A stretch of DNA of 53,795 nt, from positions 1 to 53,795 of the IMG/VR virus record IMGVR_UViG_3300025093_000026; one strand, written 5' to 3'. The position numbers and the translations under genes were made by a program. The stretch comes from a virus. Lineage: Duplodnaviria; Caudoviricetes. Shown in pieces: positions 18,821 to 26,856 of this stretch. Below the pieces are notes generated by a model, which had not been told where the DNA came from, did not search any database, and was given only the letters and a program-made list of their open reading frames with translations. Within the stretch, counting starts at the first letter, position 1; each line of letters starts with the position of its first letter.

Positions 18821-19130
18821 GGGGGTGAACTGGTATCGACTGGATATTGAAAATTTAATGTGCAAGGCTGTGTGAGTGTGGCACAGTAAAAACACTCAAC
18901 AATTTAAACGCCAACGATAACGTTAGCTTTGATTACGCCCTAGCGGCTTAATTACGGGGTTGTAGTCGCCTTGTTAACCAAGACTACGAAAAAAGTTTTT
19001 GGCTTCTTTAAAGAGCCAATAGTTAGCGAAATAAGAGAAGTTTGTCAGAGTTCATAAACTGACTAACCTTGTGAACGACATTATTTTAGAAATATTTAGG
19101 ACCCGGGTTCGACTCCCGGCATCTCCACCA
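18821..19130 (+). ncRNA. ssrA: tmRNA (310 nt)
   Basis: 5' GGGGGTG pairs with 3' CATCTCC-ACCA including the G3.U70 alanine determinant; T-arm CCGGG-TTCGACT-CCCGG; pk1 (GCTGTG/CACAGT, TGAGTGT/ACACTCA); tag ORF 18910-18951 = ANDNVSFDYALAA*. Confidence 0.95.
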
Positions 19131-19139
19131 CTTAAAATT

Positions 19140-19499
19140 ATGAAAAATTTAAAACCAATTTTTATTAACAATAGCAAACTGCCTGTATGGCTATCAAAAT
19201 TAGCACCAATTGAAATATGGGCTTTATCATTTTTTATTTTTGTTTGGTGTCGTGGTGAAATTAACGAACAAACAAAGAGACACGAAACAATTCATTTCCA
19301 ACAGCAAATAGAACTTTTATTTGTTGGGCAATGGATTTTATATGGTATTTTTCATTTATATGGTCTTATAAAAGAAAAGGGCGATAGCAAAAAAGCTTAC
19401 TATCATAATCCTTTTGAATTAGAGGCATATGGGAATGATATCAAAGAAGATTATCTACCAAAAAGAAAAAGATTTTCTTGGGTTAAGTATGTAGGTTAG
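19140..19499 (+). CDS. small zincin-like protein (HExxH)
   Basis: RHETIHFQQ...NPFELEAY motif. True start is likely the ATG at 19140, since the 19071 GTG lies inside the tmRNA. Confidence 0.65.
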   Translation: MKNLKPIFINNSKLPVWLSKLAPIEIWALSFFIFVWCRGEINEQTKRHETIHFQQQIELLFVGQWILYGIFHLYGLIKEKGDSKKAYYHNPFELEAYGNDIKEDYLPKRKRFSWVKYVG

Positions 19500-19503
19500 C
19501 TAA

Positions 19504-19510
19504 CTAATTA
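19504..19510 (+). promoter_or_regulatory. CTAWWTA candidate late promoter (leaderless geometry)
   Basis: CTAATTA starting 12 nt before the ATG at 19516, with no SD in between. Confidence 0.5.
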
Positions 19511-19515
19511 ATATT

Positions 19516-19953
19516 ATGGCAGTAGATGCGAGAACAGGACAGCCAATATATGGCTATCAAAGTGTTGGTTTGAACCATGTCGGCTCTTATCAGGCATCTG
19601 CGCGCCCATTTCTCACATCTTCTTTAAATGTACCTGCCTCTTCTGGTACACCAACAGTAGTATCATTTGAGAGCGTTTCAAAGTTTGTTATCATAACAAA
19701 TACACTACCAGGAAGCGCAACCAATGTTCCTTTGCGATTTGGCTTTTCAGAGGCAGGTGTCAAAGGAACTGTTGATAATAACTACGGTATTCTCAATAAT
19801 GGCGAGAGCTTTGAAGCAGATTTTAAAGTAACCAGAGTATACTTATTGAGTGATTCAACTAATGAATGCTCGGCTTCAGTTATTGCTGGATTAACTGGAA
19901 TTGCTGCTAATCACTTAATGAGCAACTGGTCTGGTTCGGCGGGAGTAGGATAA
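19516..19953 (+). CDS. putative virion (head decoration-like) beta protein, paralog of 41211 ORF
   Basis: Shares MAVDAxTGQPIxGxxSVGLNHVGSYQxSxxPxxTxS and a C-terminal A(G/E)LTxIxAxx..N(W/Y)..SGS.GV with the 41211 ORF. Confidence 0.55.
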   Translation: MAVDARTGQPIYGYQSVGLNHVGSYQASARPFLTSSLNVPASSGTPTVVSFESVSKFVIITNTLPGSATNVPLRFGFSEAGVKGTVDNNYGILNNGESFEADFKVTRVYLLSDSTNECSASVIAGLTGIAANHLMSNWSGSAGVG

Positions 19954-21497
19954 TGGGATTTACTGATTTAAGCACTAATAGTACTTCGGACAACCGCGGC
20001 GCCATAAAGGTAAATGTTGACTCACCAACCACCGCTTTTGGAGAAATGTTGATTGCTAATCTCATCCCAAATGCTCAGGGTGATTTTGTATACAATATTA
20101 ATGCGCAAGTTTTTACAACATCCTCTTTTGCCGGCGCAACAGTAGCTCAAGCTGATGGAATGTGTGTATTAAGCAGTGGCACATCAGCCTCTGGTTCTGC
20201 GACGGTTCGGCTAAGACGAGGGTTGGAATACCGCCCCGGTCAAGGATCGGCAATGAGAGCCACAGCACTTTACGATACTCCAGATGCGGGAAATGCACAA
20301 TTCATCGGCGCCGGCACAGCAGAGTGCGGATATTTTATCGGATATTTTGGAACTAGTTTCGGTATCCTTCACTCCGTATCGGGCTCCAGAGAAATTAGAA
20401 GATTGGATATCACAACTGGTGCCGGTACTGAAGATGTGACAGTCACTTTGAATGGAAATTCGCAAGTTGTTTCAGTTGTGGGCGGCGATAGCCCAGAACA
20501 AACCGCTTATCAATTGGCTAATGGAAATGTTGATTATAGTCAGCTGGGATCGGGTGGCTGGCTCTCAGATGCTCAATCTGGTTCTGTATATTATATCTCC
20601 GCTAGATCTGCCGACAGCTTTGATGGAGCTTATAGTGTGTCCGGAACTGATATAGTCGGCTCATTCACTCAGGTTCAAGACAGTGCCGCTCAGGCAAATA
20701 CTTTTATTGCTTCCGGCTCTTTCAATATTGACAGGCTTGATGGAACTGGACCCTCGGGTATGGTATTTAATCCCCAGAAAGGAAATGTTTTTCAAATTGA
20801 ATTTCAATATTTGGGATTTGGAAATGCTATATTTTCAATAGAAGATCCTACGTCCGGAAAGTTAGTACCATTCCATCGGATTGAAAATGCGAATTCACGA
20901 ACAGATCCAGTTCTTAAAAATCCTAACGTATTTGCTTTAGCCACGTCTGCTAATATTGGAGGTACTACCAGCAGAACATTGAAAACAGTATCAATGGCTA
21001 CGTTCACAGAAGGATCTGTTCAAAAGCTTGATCCTAAATTTTCAAAAAGCTGGAGTGTCTCTGGATTAAATGAATCAACATATGTGCCTTTGGCAATGTT
21101 AAAATCAAACAGAGTATATTTAAATCAGAGCAACTTTGGCGAATTTGACCTTTTAAGATTGTCTCTATCTAACGAAACTGCCGGCGTTAGTGGAAAAACT
21201 ATTTCAATTGGGCTGTTTTTAGATGCGACAGTATCTGGTGAAGTTAATTGGCAATATGTAAATGAAAATGAAAGCATCGTGTCATATGCAACGCTAGATC
21301 CGTCCACGCAAACTATAGACAATGTAGCCTCGCTTACCCCGTTTTATGAAATTATTGCGGGACCCTCTGGAACTCAGACGGATTTCCTTGAGGAGCTAAA
21401 ATTAATTTTTCAAATTGGACGTCCAGTAATAATCGCAATAAAAACAACAGGCGCTGCTAACGGCACAATAGCCGTGAACTGGTTTGAACAGCAATAA
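19953..21497 (+). CDS. putative virion structural beta-rich protein
   Basis: TAATG coupling to the previous gene; S/T/G-rich; TAFGE and YRPGQG motifs resembling large-phage virion proteins. Confidence 0.5.
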   Translation: MGFTDLSTNSTSDNRGAIKVNVDSPTTAFGEMLIANLIPNAQGDFVYNINAQVFTTSSFAGATVAQADGMCVLSSGTSASGSATVRLRRGLEYRPGQGSAMRATALYDTPDAGNAQFIGAGTAECGYFIGYFGTSFGILHSVSGSREIRRLDITTGAGTEDVTVTLNGNSQVVSVVGGDSPEQTAYQLANGNVDYSQLGSGGWLSDAQSGSVYYISARSADSFDGAYSVSGTDIVGSFTQVQDSAAQANTFIASGSFNIDRLDGTGPSGMVFNPQKGNVFQIEFQYLGFGNAIFSIEDPTSGKLVPFHRIENANSRTDPVLKNPNVFALATSANIGGTTSRTLKTVSMATFTEGSVQKLDPKFSKSWSVSGLNESTYVPLAMLKSNRVYLNQSNFGEFDLLRLSLSNETAGVSGKTISIGLFLDATVSGEVNWQYVNENESIVSYATLDPSTQTIDNVASLTPFYEIIAGPSGTQTDFLEELKLIFQIGRPVIIAIKTTGAANGTIAVNWFEQQ

Positions 21498-21511
21498 CAA
21501 AAAACTTAAAA

Positions 21512-21518
21512 CTACTTA
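21512..21518 (+). promoter_or_regulatory. CTAWWTA-like candidate late promoter (CTACTTA)
   Basis: One-mismatch copy upstream of the 21537 RBS. Confidence 0.4.
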
Positions 21519-21536
21519 ATATTAAAGGATTATCAT

Positions 21537-21842
21537 ATGAAAATTACAAAACAACAACTAAAACAAATCATCAAAGAAGAGATTTCTAAAGTATTTGCCG
21601 AGGGAGACTACGGCAGTGTAAAGGATCGACAATCTGATAACTATTATGCAGTGCGCCTAGAGTTAATTGCTGGAATGGACATACCAAAAGAATTAGTCAC
21701 AGACGAGCTAATCATGGCAATTTTACGTGATCCTCGTTACTCAGAGGGCGATTCAATTGACGCCGAGCAAGGCACCGCTCCACGCGGCTATGGATTTACA
21801 CTCCAAGACATATATGATCTTATAGACAGCTTGAAGTCTTAA
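21537..21842 (+). CDS. MKITK-leader protein, acidic cargo
   Basis: MKITKQQLKQIIKEEISKVFAE leader. Confidence 0.65.
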   Translation: MKITKQQLKQIIKEEISKVFAEGDYGSVKDRQSDNYYAVRLELIAGMDIPKELVTDELIMAILRDPRYSEGDSIDAEQGTAPRGYGFTLQDIYDLIDSLKS

Positions 21843-21858
21843 ATAGGAATATTCTAAT

Positions 21859-22101
21859 ATGAAAATTACAAAACAAAAATTAAACAAAATCATAAACGAA
21901 GAAATTCAACGTCACCATATTCTACAAGAAGCAAATCGTGCTGTTTTAGTTGAGAACAATAATCCAGCTCTAAGAAAAGTATTGAAAGAACGCTTTGAAA
22001 AGTTAGGCGGCTATTACTTTGAAGCGCTTGAAGAAGGCGACAAAGAATTAGCAAAAACTCTTCAAGAAGAAATGACCAGAATATTTGAGGACCTAACGTA
22101 A
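21859..22101 (+). CDS. MKITK-leader protein, helical cargo
   Basis: MKITKQKLNKIINEEIQRHHILQE leader. Confidence 0.65.
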   Translation: MKITKQKLNKIINEEIQRHHILQEANRAVLVENNNPALRKVLKERFEKLGGYYFEALEEGDKELAKTLQEEMTRIFEDLT

Positions 22102-22111
22102 TGGGGTAGTA

Positions 22112-22573
22112 TTGTATTACGCATTTTTCTTTATAGCAGGCTTGTTATACACAAACTTGCTAGAATGGACATTACACAAATACGTACTACACGGCTTAGG
22201 CAAAAACAAAAAAAGCAACTGGTCTTCTCACTGGAGCGTCCATCATAAAAAATCAAGAAAGAATGATTTTTACGATGACGATTATGAGAAAAGTTGGCAC
22301 TCCCCAGGATCACGTTCAGAAATTATGGGCTTAATATTACTAGCATTATTACATTTACCACTAGCTTTCTTATCTTTGCCTTTCTATATTGGTCTCCTTT
22401 ACGGAGGTCTAGGTTATTATTTTGTCCACAAGAAAGCACATTTAGACCCTGAATGGGCAAAAAGACACGTCCCTTGGCATTACGATCATCATATGGGAAA
22501 AAATCAAGATGCTAATTGGGGAGTTACAACCGATTGGGTTGATAAATTAGCAGGAACAAGAATTAAATATTGA
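22112..22573 (+). CDS. fatty acid hydroxylase / sterol desaturase superfamily membrane di-iron enzyme
   Basis: Histidine boxes EWTLHKYVLH, HWSVHH, HKKAH, HYDHH, then NWGVTTDWVDKLAGT; hydrophobic segments; TTG start. Confidence 0.85.
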   Translation: MYYAFFFIAGLLYTNLLEWTLHKYVLHGLGKNKKSNWSSHWSVHHKKSRKNDFYDDDYEKSWHSPGSRSEIMGLILLALLHLPLAFLSLPFYIGLLYGGLGYYFVHKKAHLDPEWAKRHVPWHYDHHMGKNQDANWGVTTDWVDKLAGTRIKY

Positions 22574-22598
22574 CTTTATTATCTGTTGTTAATATAAT
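22570..22598 (+). promoter_or_regulatory. sigma70-type promoter (TTGACT-17-TATAAT)
   Basis: TTGACT at 22570-22575, 17-nt spacer, TATAAT at 22593-22598, upstream of the SbcDC fusion. Confidence 0.75.
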
Positions 22599-22621
22599 AG
22601 ACTTGAACGAATGGAGATCTT

Positions 22622-25600
22622 ATGCGTTTTGCGCACATAGCGGATACTCATATCCGAAATTTAAAATATCATAAAGAATATAGAGAAGTTTTTAGTCAAC
22701 TGTACGAAAACCTCCGAGAACAAAAACCAGACTACATAATTCATTGCGGAGATATCGCACACACGAAAACTCAGATTAGTCCTGAGTATGTTGAGATGTG
22801 TTCTGATTTCCTCAAGAATTTAGCAGACATAGCACCAACTTACGTTATTCTTGGTAATCACGATGGGAACCTACGCAACTCAAGCCGTCAGGACGCCCTT
22901 ACACCTATCGCCAACGCATTACAACACGAAAACCTATACCTACTTCGTGATGCGGGAGAAACGCCCTTAAACGACCGTTTCTCGCTAAATGTGCTGTCTG
23001 TATTTGATGAGGACAATTGGGTTGAGCCATCTGATCCAAATCGTGTAAATATTGCTTTATATCACGGATCTATTTCAAACTGCGAAACAGATCTTGGATG
23101 GAGAATGGAGAGAGGTGAAAATGATATTAGCATCTTTAATAATTTTGACTATGGTTTTCTTGGCGATATACACAAAACCAATCAAATCTTGGACAAGAAA
23201 GGCAAGATACGTTATCCTGGCTCAACGGTCCAACAGAACCACGGAGAAACCAACGACAAAGGATACTTGCTCTGGGACATTGAAGACAAAGAAAATTACA
23301 CATGTAAGCACTTTGTTTTAAAAAATCCAAAGCCTTTTATCACAATTCCTTTGACGCCCACTGGTAGGATCTCTAAAAGAGTAGAGATACAAAGTGGCGC
23401 CCGTCTACGTCTTGTATCTGAAAATCACTTGCCCCTAGATGTAATTCGCAAGGCAATTGATGTCGCGAAGACTAGGTTTAAACCCGAGGCTATTACATAT
23501 TTAAATCGTGCGCAAGGAGATCGTGTAAATCTAGAAGACATAACTAATTCTTTAGTCAAGGAAGATTTGCGAGATATTAATGTTCAGGAGGAGTTAATTG
23601 AAGAATATTTGCAGGAGTATCAGGTTGATTCCGAGACGACTAAGAAGGTTCTTGACCTTAATAGAGCTTACAAAAAAAGAGTTGAAGAGGAGGAGGAGAT
23701 CTCACGCAACGTCAACTGGCGTTTGAAAAAGGTAGAGTGGGACAACCTTTTCAACTATGGAGAAAGCAACTCTATTAACTTTGAAAACTTAAACGGCATT
23801 GTTGGTATTTTTGGTAAGAACTTTTCTGGAAAGTCCAGCATTGTTGATTCAATTCTGTATACAATGTTCAACACAACATCAAAGAATAATCGCAAAAACC
23901 TCAACATTATCAACCAGAATAGAGATTATTGTAGAGGCTACGTTGAGATCGATGTTGGCACAAAGACGTATAGAATTGAGCGCGTTAGCACAAAGTACAT
24001 CAAGAAGCTTAAAGGTAATGTAACACAAGAAGCAAAGACTGACTTAGAGTTTAGCGTTTACGATAACGCCATTCAAGAAGAGAAAAGCCTTAATGGTACA
24101 TCCAGAAATCAAACAGACAAAAACATCAAAAAGATTTTTGGTACAATGGAAGACTTTCTTTTGACTTCAATGGCTTCTCAGTTGGGATCCCTTTCCTATA
24201 TTAGCGAAGGCTCAACCCGACGTAAGGAAATCCTTGCTAAGTTCTTGGACCTTGAAGTCTTTGAACGCAAGTTCAGGATGGCGAAAGAAGAAGCAGCGGA
24301 TACAAAAGCTCTCCTACGTCGCTGGCAGAACAGAATGTTTGATGAGGAGATTGAGGAAGCAGAAGAAGTTTATAGTGAAAACAATATTAAACTTGAGCAA
24401 AAAGAGCTACACTGTAGCAATCTCAAGCAACAACTTAAAACAAAGCAAGATGAACTACAAGCCATCTCTTTAAAACTCAACGACATTCCTGAAGATGTAG
24501 TTGATATCAAGAATTTAATGTCTGATATCAGCGAGCAGAATAAATTGTTAAGAGGGTACGAAAATGAGAGGGTAAGTCTTGTAGCAGAAATCGCAGCAAA
24601 AGAAAAATACATCTTTGAAGTAGAAGAGTTCTTAGAAGAGTTTCCTGCTGACGAAGTACAAAAGCGACAAGAAGAGATTAAAGAAAGAATTGAAAGGATC
24701 AAAGATCTAGAAAATGATATTGAAAAGTTACAAGAAAAGATCAAAAGACAGAAAAAGAAAATTAAATTGCTGGACGAAGTTCCGTGCGGAGATGAGTTTC
24801 CAACTTGTAAGTTTATTGGTGACGCGCATAAATCTAAGGTTCAGCTAGGGACGACAACTGTTTCTTTGAAAGACCTTTCTTTATCCAAGGATAAAACGCA
24901 AGAAGATTTAGATGCTCTAAATCCAGAAGAAAATCAAGAGACCCTAGACAACTATGTGGTATTCCAAAATAAGTTGTCTGAGGCTAAAATTGATTTACAC
25001 GTACTGAGCGTTGAGATGGAGAGAAATAAGACCGAGGTTTTCAAAACAGAAATTTTGTTATCAGATCTTAACAAACAAAAAGATTTCTACAATGAAAACA
25101 GGGACTTGATTGAAAATTACGAACTTCTACAGGAAGAACAAAACGAACTAAACAAAGAAACAAAAACTTTAAGCAACGATCTAGAGAAGTGCCAGAAAAA
25201 TATTCTTGCGCTCTGTAAAGAAAACGGTACGTTACAAGAGCGTGTTGAAAAAGCTAAAAGGGATAAAGAAGAATTCTTGACATTAGAGAACAGTTTCTCT
25301 GCTTATGATTTGTTTATGCGCTGTATGCATTCTAACGGTATTTCTTACGATATCATTAAGAAGCGCTTGCCTCTTATCAATGCAGAGATTTCAAAAGTTA
25401 TCGCCAACATTGTTGACTTTGAAATCTTCTTTGAGAACGAAGATAAGAAACTTGATATTTTGATTAAGCATCCAGGCTATGATGCTCGTCCTATTGAGAT
25501 GGGATCTGGTGCTGAGAAAACAATTGCAGCAATGGCTATTCGTCTTGCTCTCTTAAATGTATCAACTTTGCCAAAGGGAGATATCTTTGTTTTGGATGAG

Positions 25601-25774
25601 CCAGGAACAGCTTTAGATGAAGAAAATATGGAAGGTTTTGTAAGAATCCTTGATATGATCAAAACTCAATTCAAGACTGTGCTCTTGATTTCTCATCTGG
25701 ACACATTGAAAGATACCGTGGACACTCAAATTATGATTGAGAAGAAAAATGGTTTTGCTTCAGTTAATCAATAA
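22622..25774 (+). CDS. fused SbcD/Mre11 (gp47-like) nuclease - SbcC/Rad50 (gp46-like) ATPase
   Basis: Phosphoesterase motifs ADTH, GD, GNHD, GDIH; Walker A GKNFSGKS; long coiled coil; signature GSGAEK; Walker B VLDEP; H-loop ISH. One continuous ORF. Confidence 0.92.
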   Translation: MRFAHIADTHIRNLKYHKEYREVFSQLYENLREQKPDYIIHCGDIAHTKTQISPEYVEMCSDFLKNLADIAPTYVILGNHDGNLRNSSRQDALTPIANALQHENLYLLRDAGETPLNDRFSLNVLSVFDEDNWVEPSDPNRVNIALYHGSISNCETDLGWRMERGENDISIFNNFDYGFLGDIHKTNQILDKKGKIRYPGSTVQQNHGETNDKGYLLWDIEDKENYTCKHFVLKNPKPFITIPLTPTGRISKRVEIQSGARLRLVSENHLPLDVIRKAIDVAKTRFKPEAITYLNRAQGDRVNLEDITNSLVKEDLRDINVQEELIEEYLQEYQVDSETTKKVLDLNRAYKKRVEEEEEISRNVNWRLKKVEWDNLFNYGESNSINFENLNGIVGIFGKNFSGKSSIVDSILYTMFNTTSKNNRKNLNIINQNRDYCRGYVEIDVGTKTYRIERVSTKYIKKLKGNVTQEAKTDLEFSVYDNAIQEEKSLNGTSRNQTDKNIKKIFGTMEDFLLTSMASQLGSLSYISEGSTRRKEILAKFLDLEVFERKFRMAKEEAADTKALLRRWQNRMFDEEIEEAEEVYSENNIKLEQKELHCSNLKQQLKTKQDELQAISLKLNDIPEDVVDIKNLMSDISEQNKLLRGYENERVSLVAEIAAKEKYIFEVEEFLEEFPADEVQKRQEEIKERIERIKDLENDIEKLQEKIKRQKKKIKLLDEVPCGDEFPTCKFIGDAHKSKVQLGTTTVSLKDLSLSKDKTQEDLDALNPEENQETLDNYVVFQNKLSEAKIDLHVLSVEMERNKTEVFKTEILLSDLNKQKDFYNENRDLIENYELLQEEQNELNKETKTLSNDLEKCQKNILALCKENGTLQERVEKAKRDKEEFLTLENSFSAYDLFMRCMHSNGISYDIIKKRLPLINAEISKVIANIVDFEIFFENEDKKLDILIKHPGYDARPIEMGSGAEKTIAAMAIRLALLNVSTLPKGDIFVLDEPGTALDEENMEGFVRILDMIKTQFKTVLLISHLDTLKDTVDTQIMIEKKNGFASVNQ

Positions 25775-25788
25775 GCCTCTGTAGAATA

Positions 25789-25795
25789 CTATTTA
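25789..25795 (+). promoter_or_regulatory. CTAWWTA candidate late promoter
   Basis: CTATTTA starting 12 nt before the GGAGGG RBS of the holin-like gene. Confidence 0.55.
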
Positions 25796-25810
25796 TTAGT
25801 GGAGGGCTTT

Positions 25811-26005
25811 ATGATGAAACAAGCAAAAGCATGGCTAGACAAACACGTTGAGAGATTTATATCCCGCAAGTTTTTAGCGTGGGGCACAGCTACTTATTTA
25901 GTCTTAATGGGTGGCGTAACTAGTGATGATTGGGTCGCAGTCACACTAGCTTATATTGGATCTCAAGCACTTGTTGATCTAGCTACAAAGTGGAAACACG
26001 GTTGA
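25811..26005 (+). CDS. holin-like small membrane protein
   Basis: 64 aa with two hydrophobic segments and an SRKFL motif seen in small phage holins; GGAGGG RBS before ATG ATG at 25811. Confidence 0.5.
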   Translation: MMKQAKAWLDKHVERFISRKFLAWGTATYLVLMGGVTSDDWVAVTLAYIGSQALVDLATKWKHG

Positions 26006-26012
26006 TCTTAAT

Positions 26013-26399
26013 ATGTTGATATTAAAGAAAATTTTAGTCTGGCTCAAGCATCACTGGTATATTCCTTTAGCAGTGGTGCTTGGGTTAGTCTGTCTTGCGC
26101 TTTGCCCAATGGCAGCCAAGTCTAAATATTTTCAAATGCTTTTGAACACAAGATACAATTACCGAAAAGAAATTGATATCATCAACAAAAACAATGAGTT
26201 AGAAAAACAAAAGACAATGGATGCCATTGAGCGTCATAAAGAAAGCCTAGCAAAAATTGAAGAAGATTTCAATATCAAGATGGACGAACTACCAAAGAAA
26301 GAGAAGAAAAGAGTTGAGGCTATAGTTAAAGAATACGATAATGATCCCGATAAGTTAGCAAAAGAGATTGCTGATATTTTAGGAGCAGACAATGTTTAA
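26013..26399 (+). CDS. membrane-anchored coiled-coil protein (i-spanin-like)
   Basis: N-terminal TM helix followed by a charged helical domain; follows the holin-like gene. Confidence 0.45.
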   Translation: MLILKKILVWLKHHWYIPLAVVLGLVCLALCPMAAKSKYFQMLLNTRYNYRKEIDIINKNNELEKQKTMDAIERHKESLAKIEEDFNIKMDELPKKEKKRVEAIVKEYDNDPDKLAKEIADILGADNV

Positions 26400-26856
26400 A
26401 AAAGTATTTATAATTTTTCTCGCCTTATGTTTTGTCTGCGCAACCACAAATGCCGCAGCACAAGATTTAGAAAATGAAGCTGGAAAAGTTACAGCTATTA
26501 ACGAAGGCGAACAGGCTCCTTTTTCTGGTATTTTATTGGACTCAATAGCAGGGGCAAAGTTCATAGCCAAAAGTAAGTACTGCGCCGAGGAACTTGAACT
26601 AAAAATAAAAAAAGACTTTGAGGTTGAACTAACCAACAAACAACTAGCGATTGACTTACTACAGATCCAGTACGATGCCCTAAAAGATACACACGAACAA
26701 TTGCTGGTTCAAAAAGAAAAAGAGATTGACCAACTCAACGAAATCATCAAAGATGAAATAGATGATCACTCACATTGGTGGTTTGCTGGCGGAATTGTGG
26801 CTGGTGTCCTTCTTTCAATTGGTATCTTCTACGCAGCAGTGGAGGTACAAAATTAA
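26392..26856 (+). CDS. secreted coiled-coil protein with C-terminal TM helix (spanin partner candidate)
   Basis: Signal peptide ending AAA-Q, GEQAPFSGILL motif, coiled coil, WWFAGGIVAGVLLSIGIF C-terminal TM. Confidence 0.45.
   Translation: MFKKVFIIFLALCFVCATTNAAAQDLENEAGKVTAINEGEQAPFSGILLDSIAGAKFIAKSKYCAEELELKIKKDFEVELTNKQLAIDLLQIQYDALKDTHEQLLVQKEKEIDQLNEIIKDEIDDHSHWWFAGGIVAGVLLSIGIFYAAVEVQN

Noticed and set aside
19095-19130. Stand-alone tRNA or prophage attachment site
   Set aside because: The T-arm/CCA pairs with 18821-18827 as part of the tmRNA; no anticodon arm, integrase or duplicated att core was seen.
19071-19139. ORF-track N-terminal extension of the HExxH protein
   Set aside because: Overlaps the tmRNA 3' end; the ATG at 19140 is the plausible start.
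26775-26855. Cys/Trp-rich N-terminus given in the ORF track for the first S74 fibre
   Set aside because: It overlaps the upstream gene; the GGAGG RBS and TAATG coupling indicate the real start at 26856.
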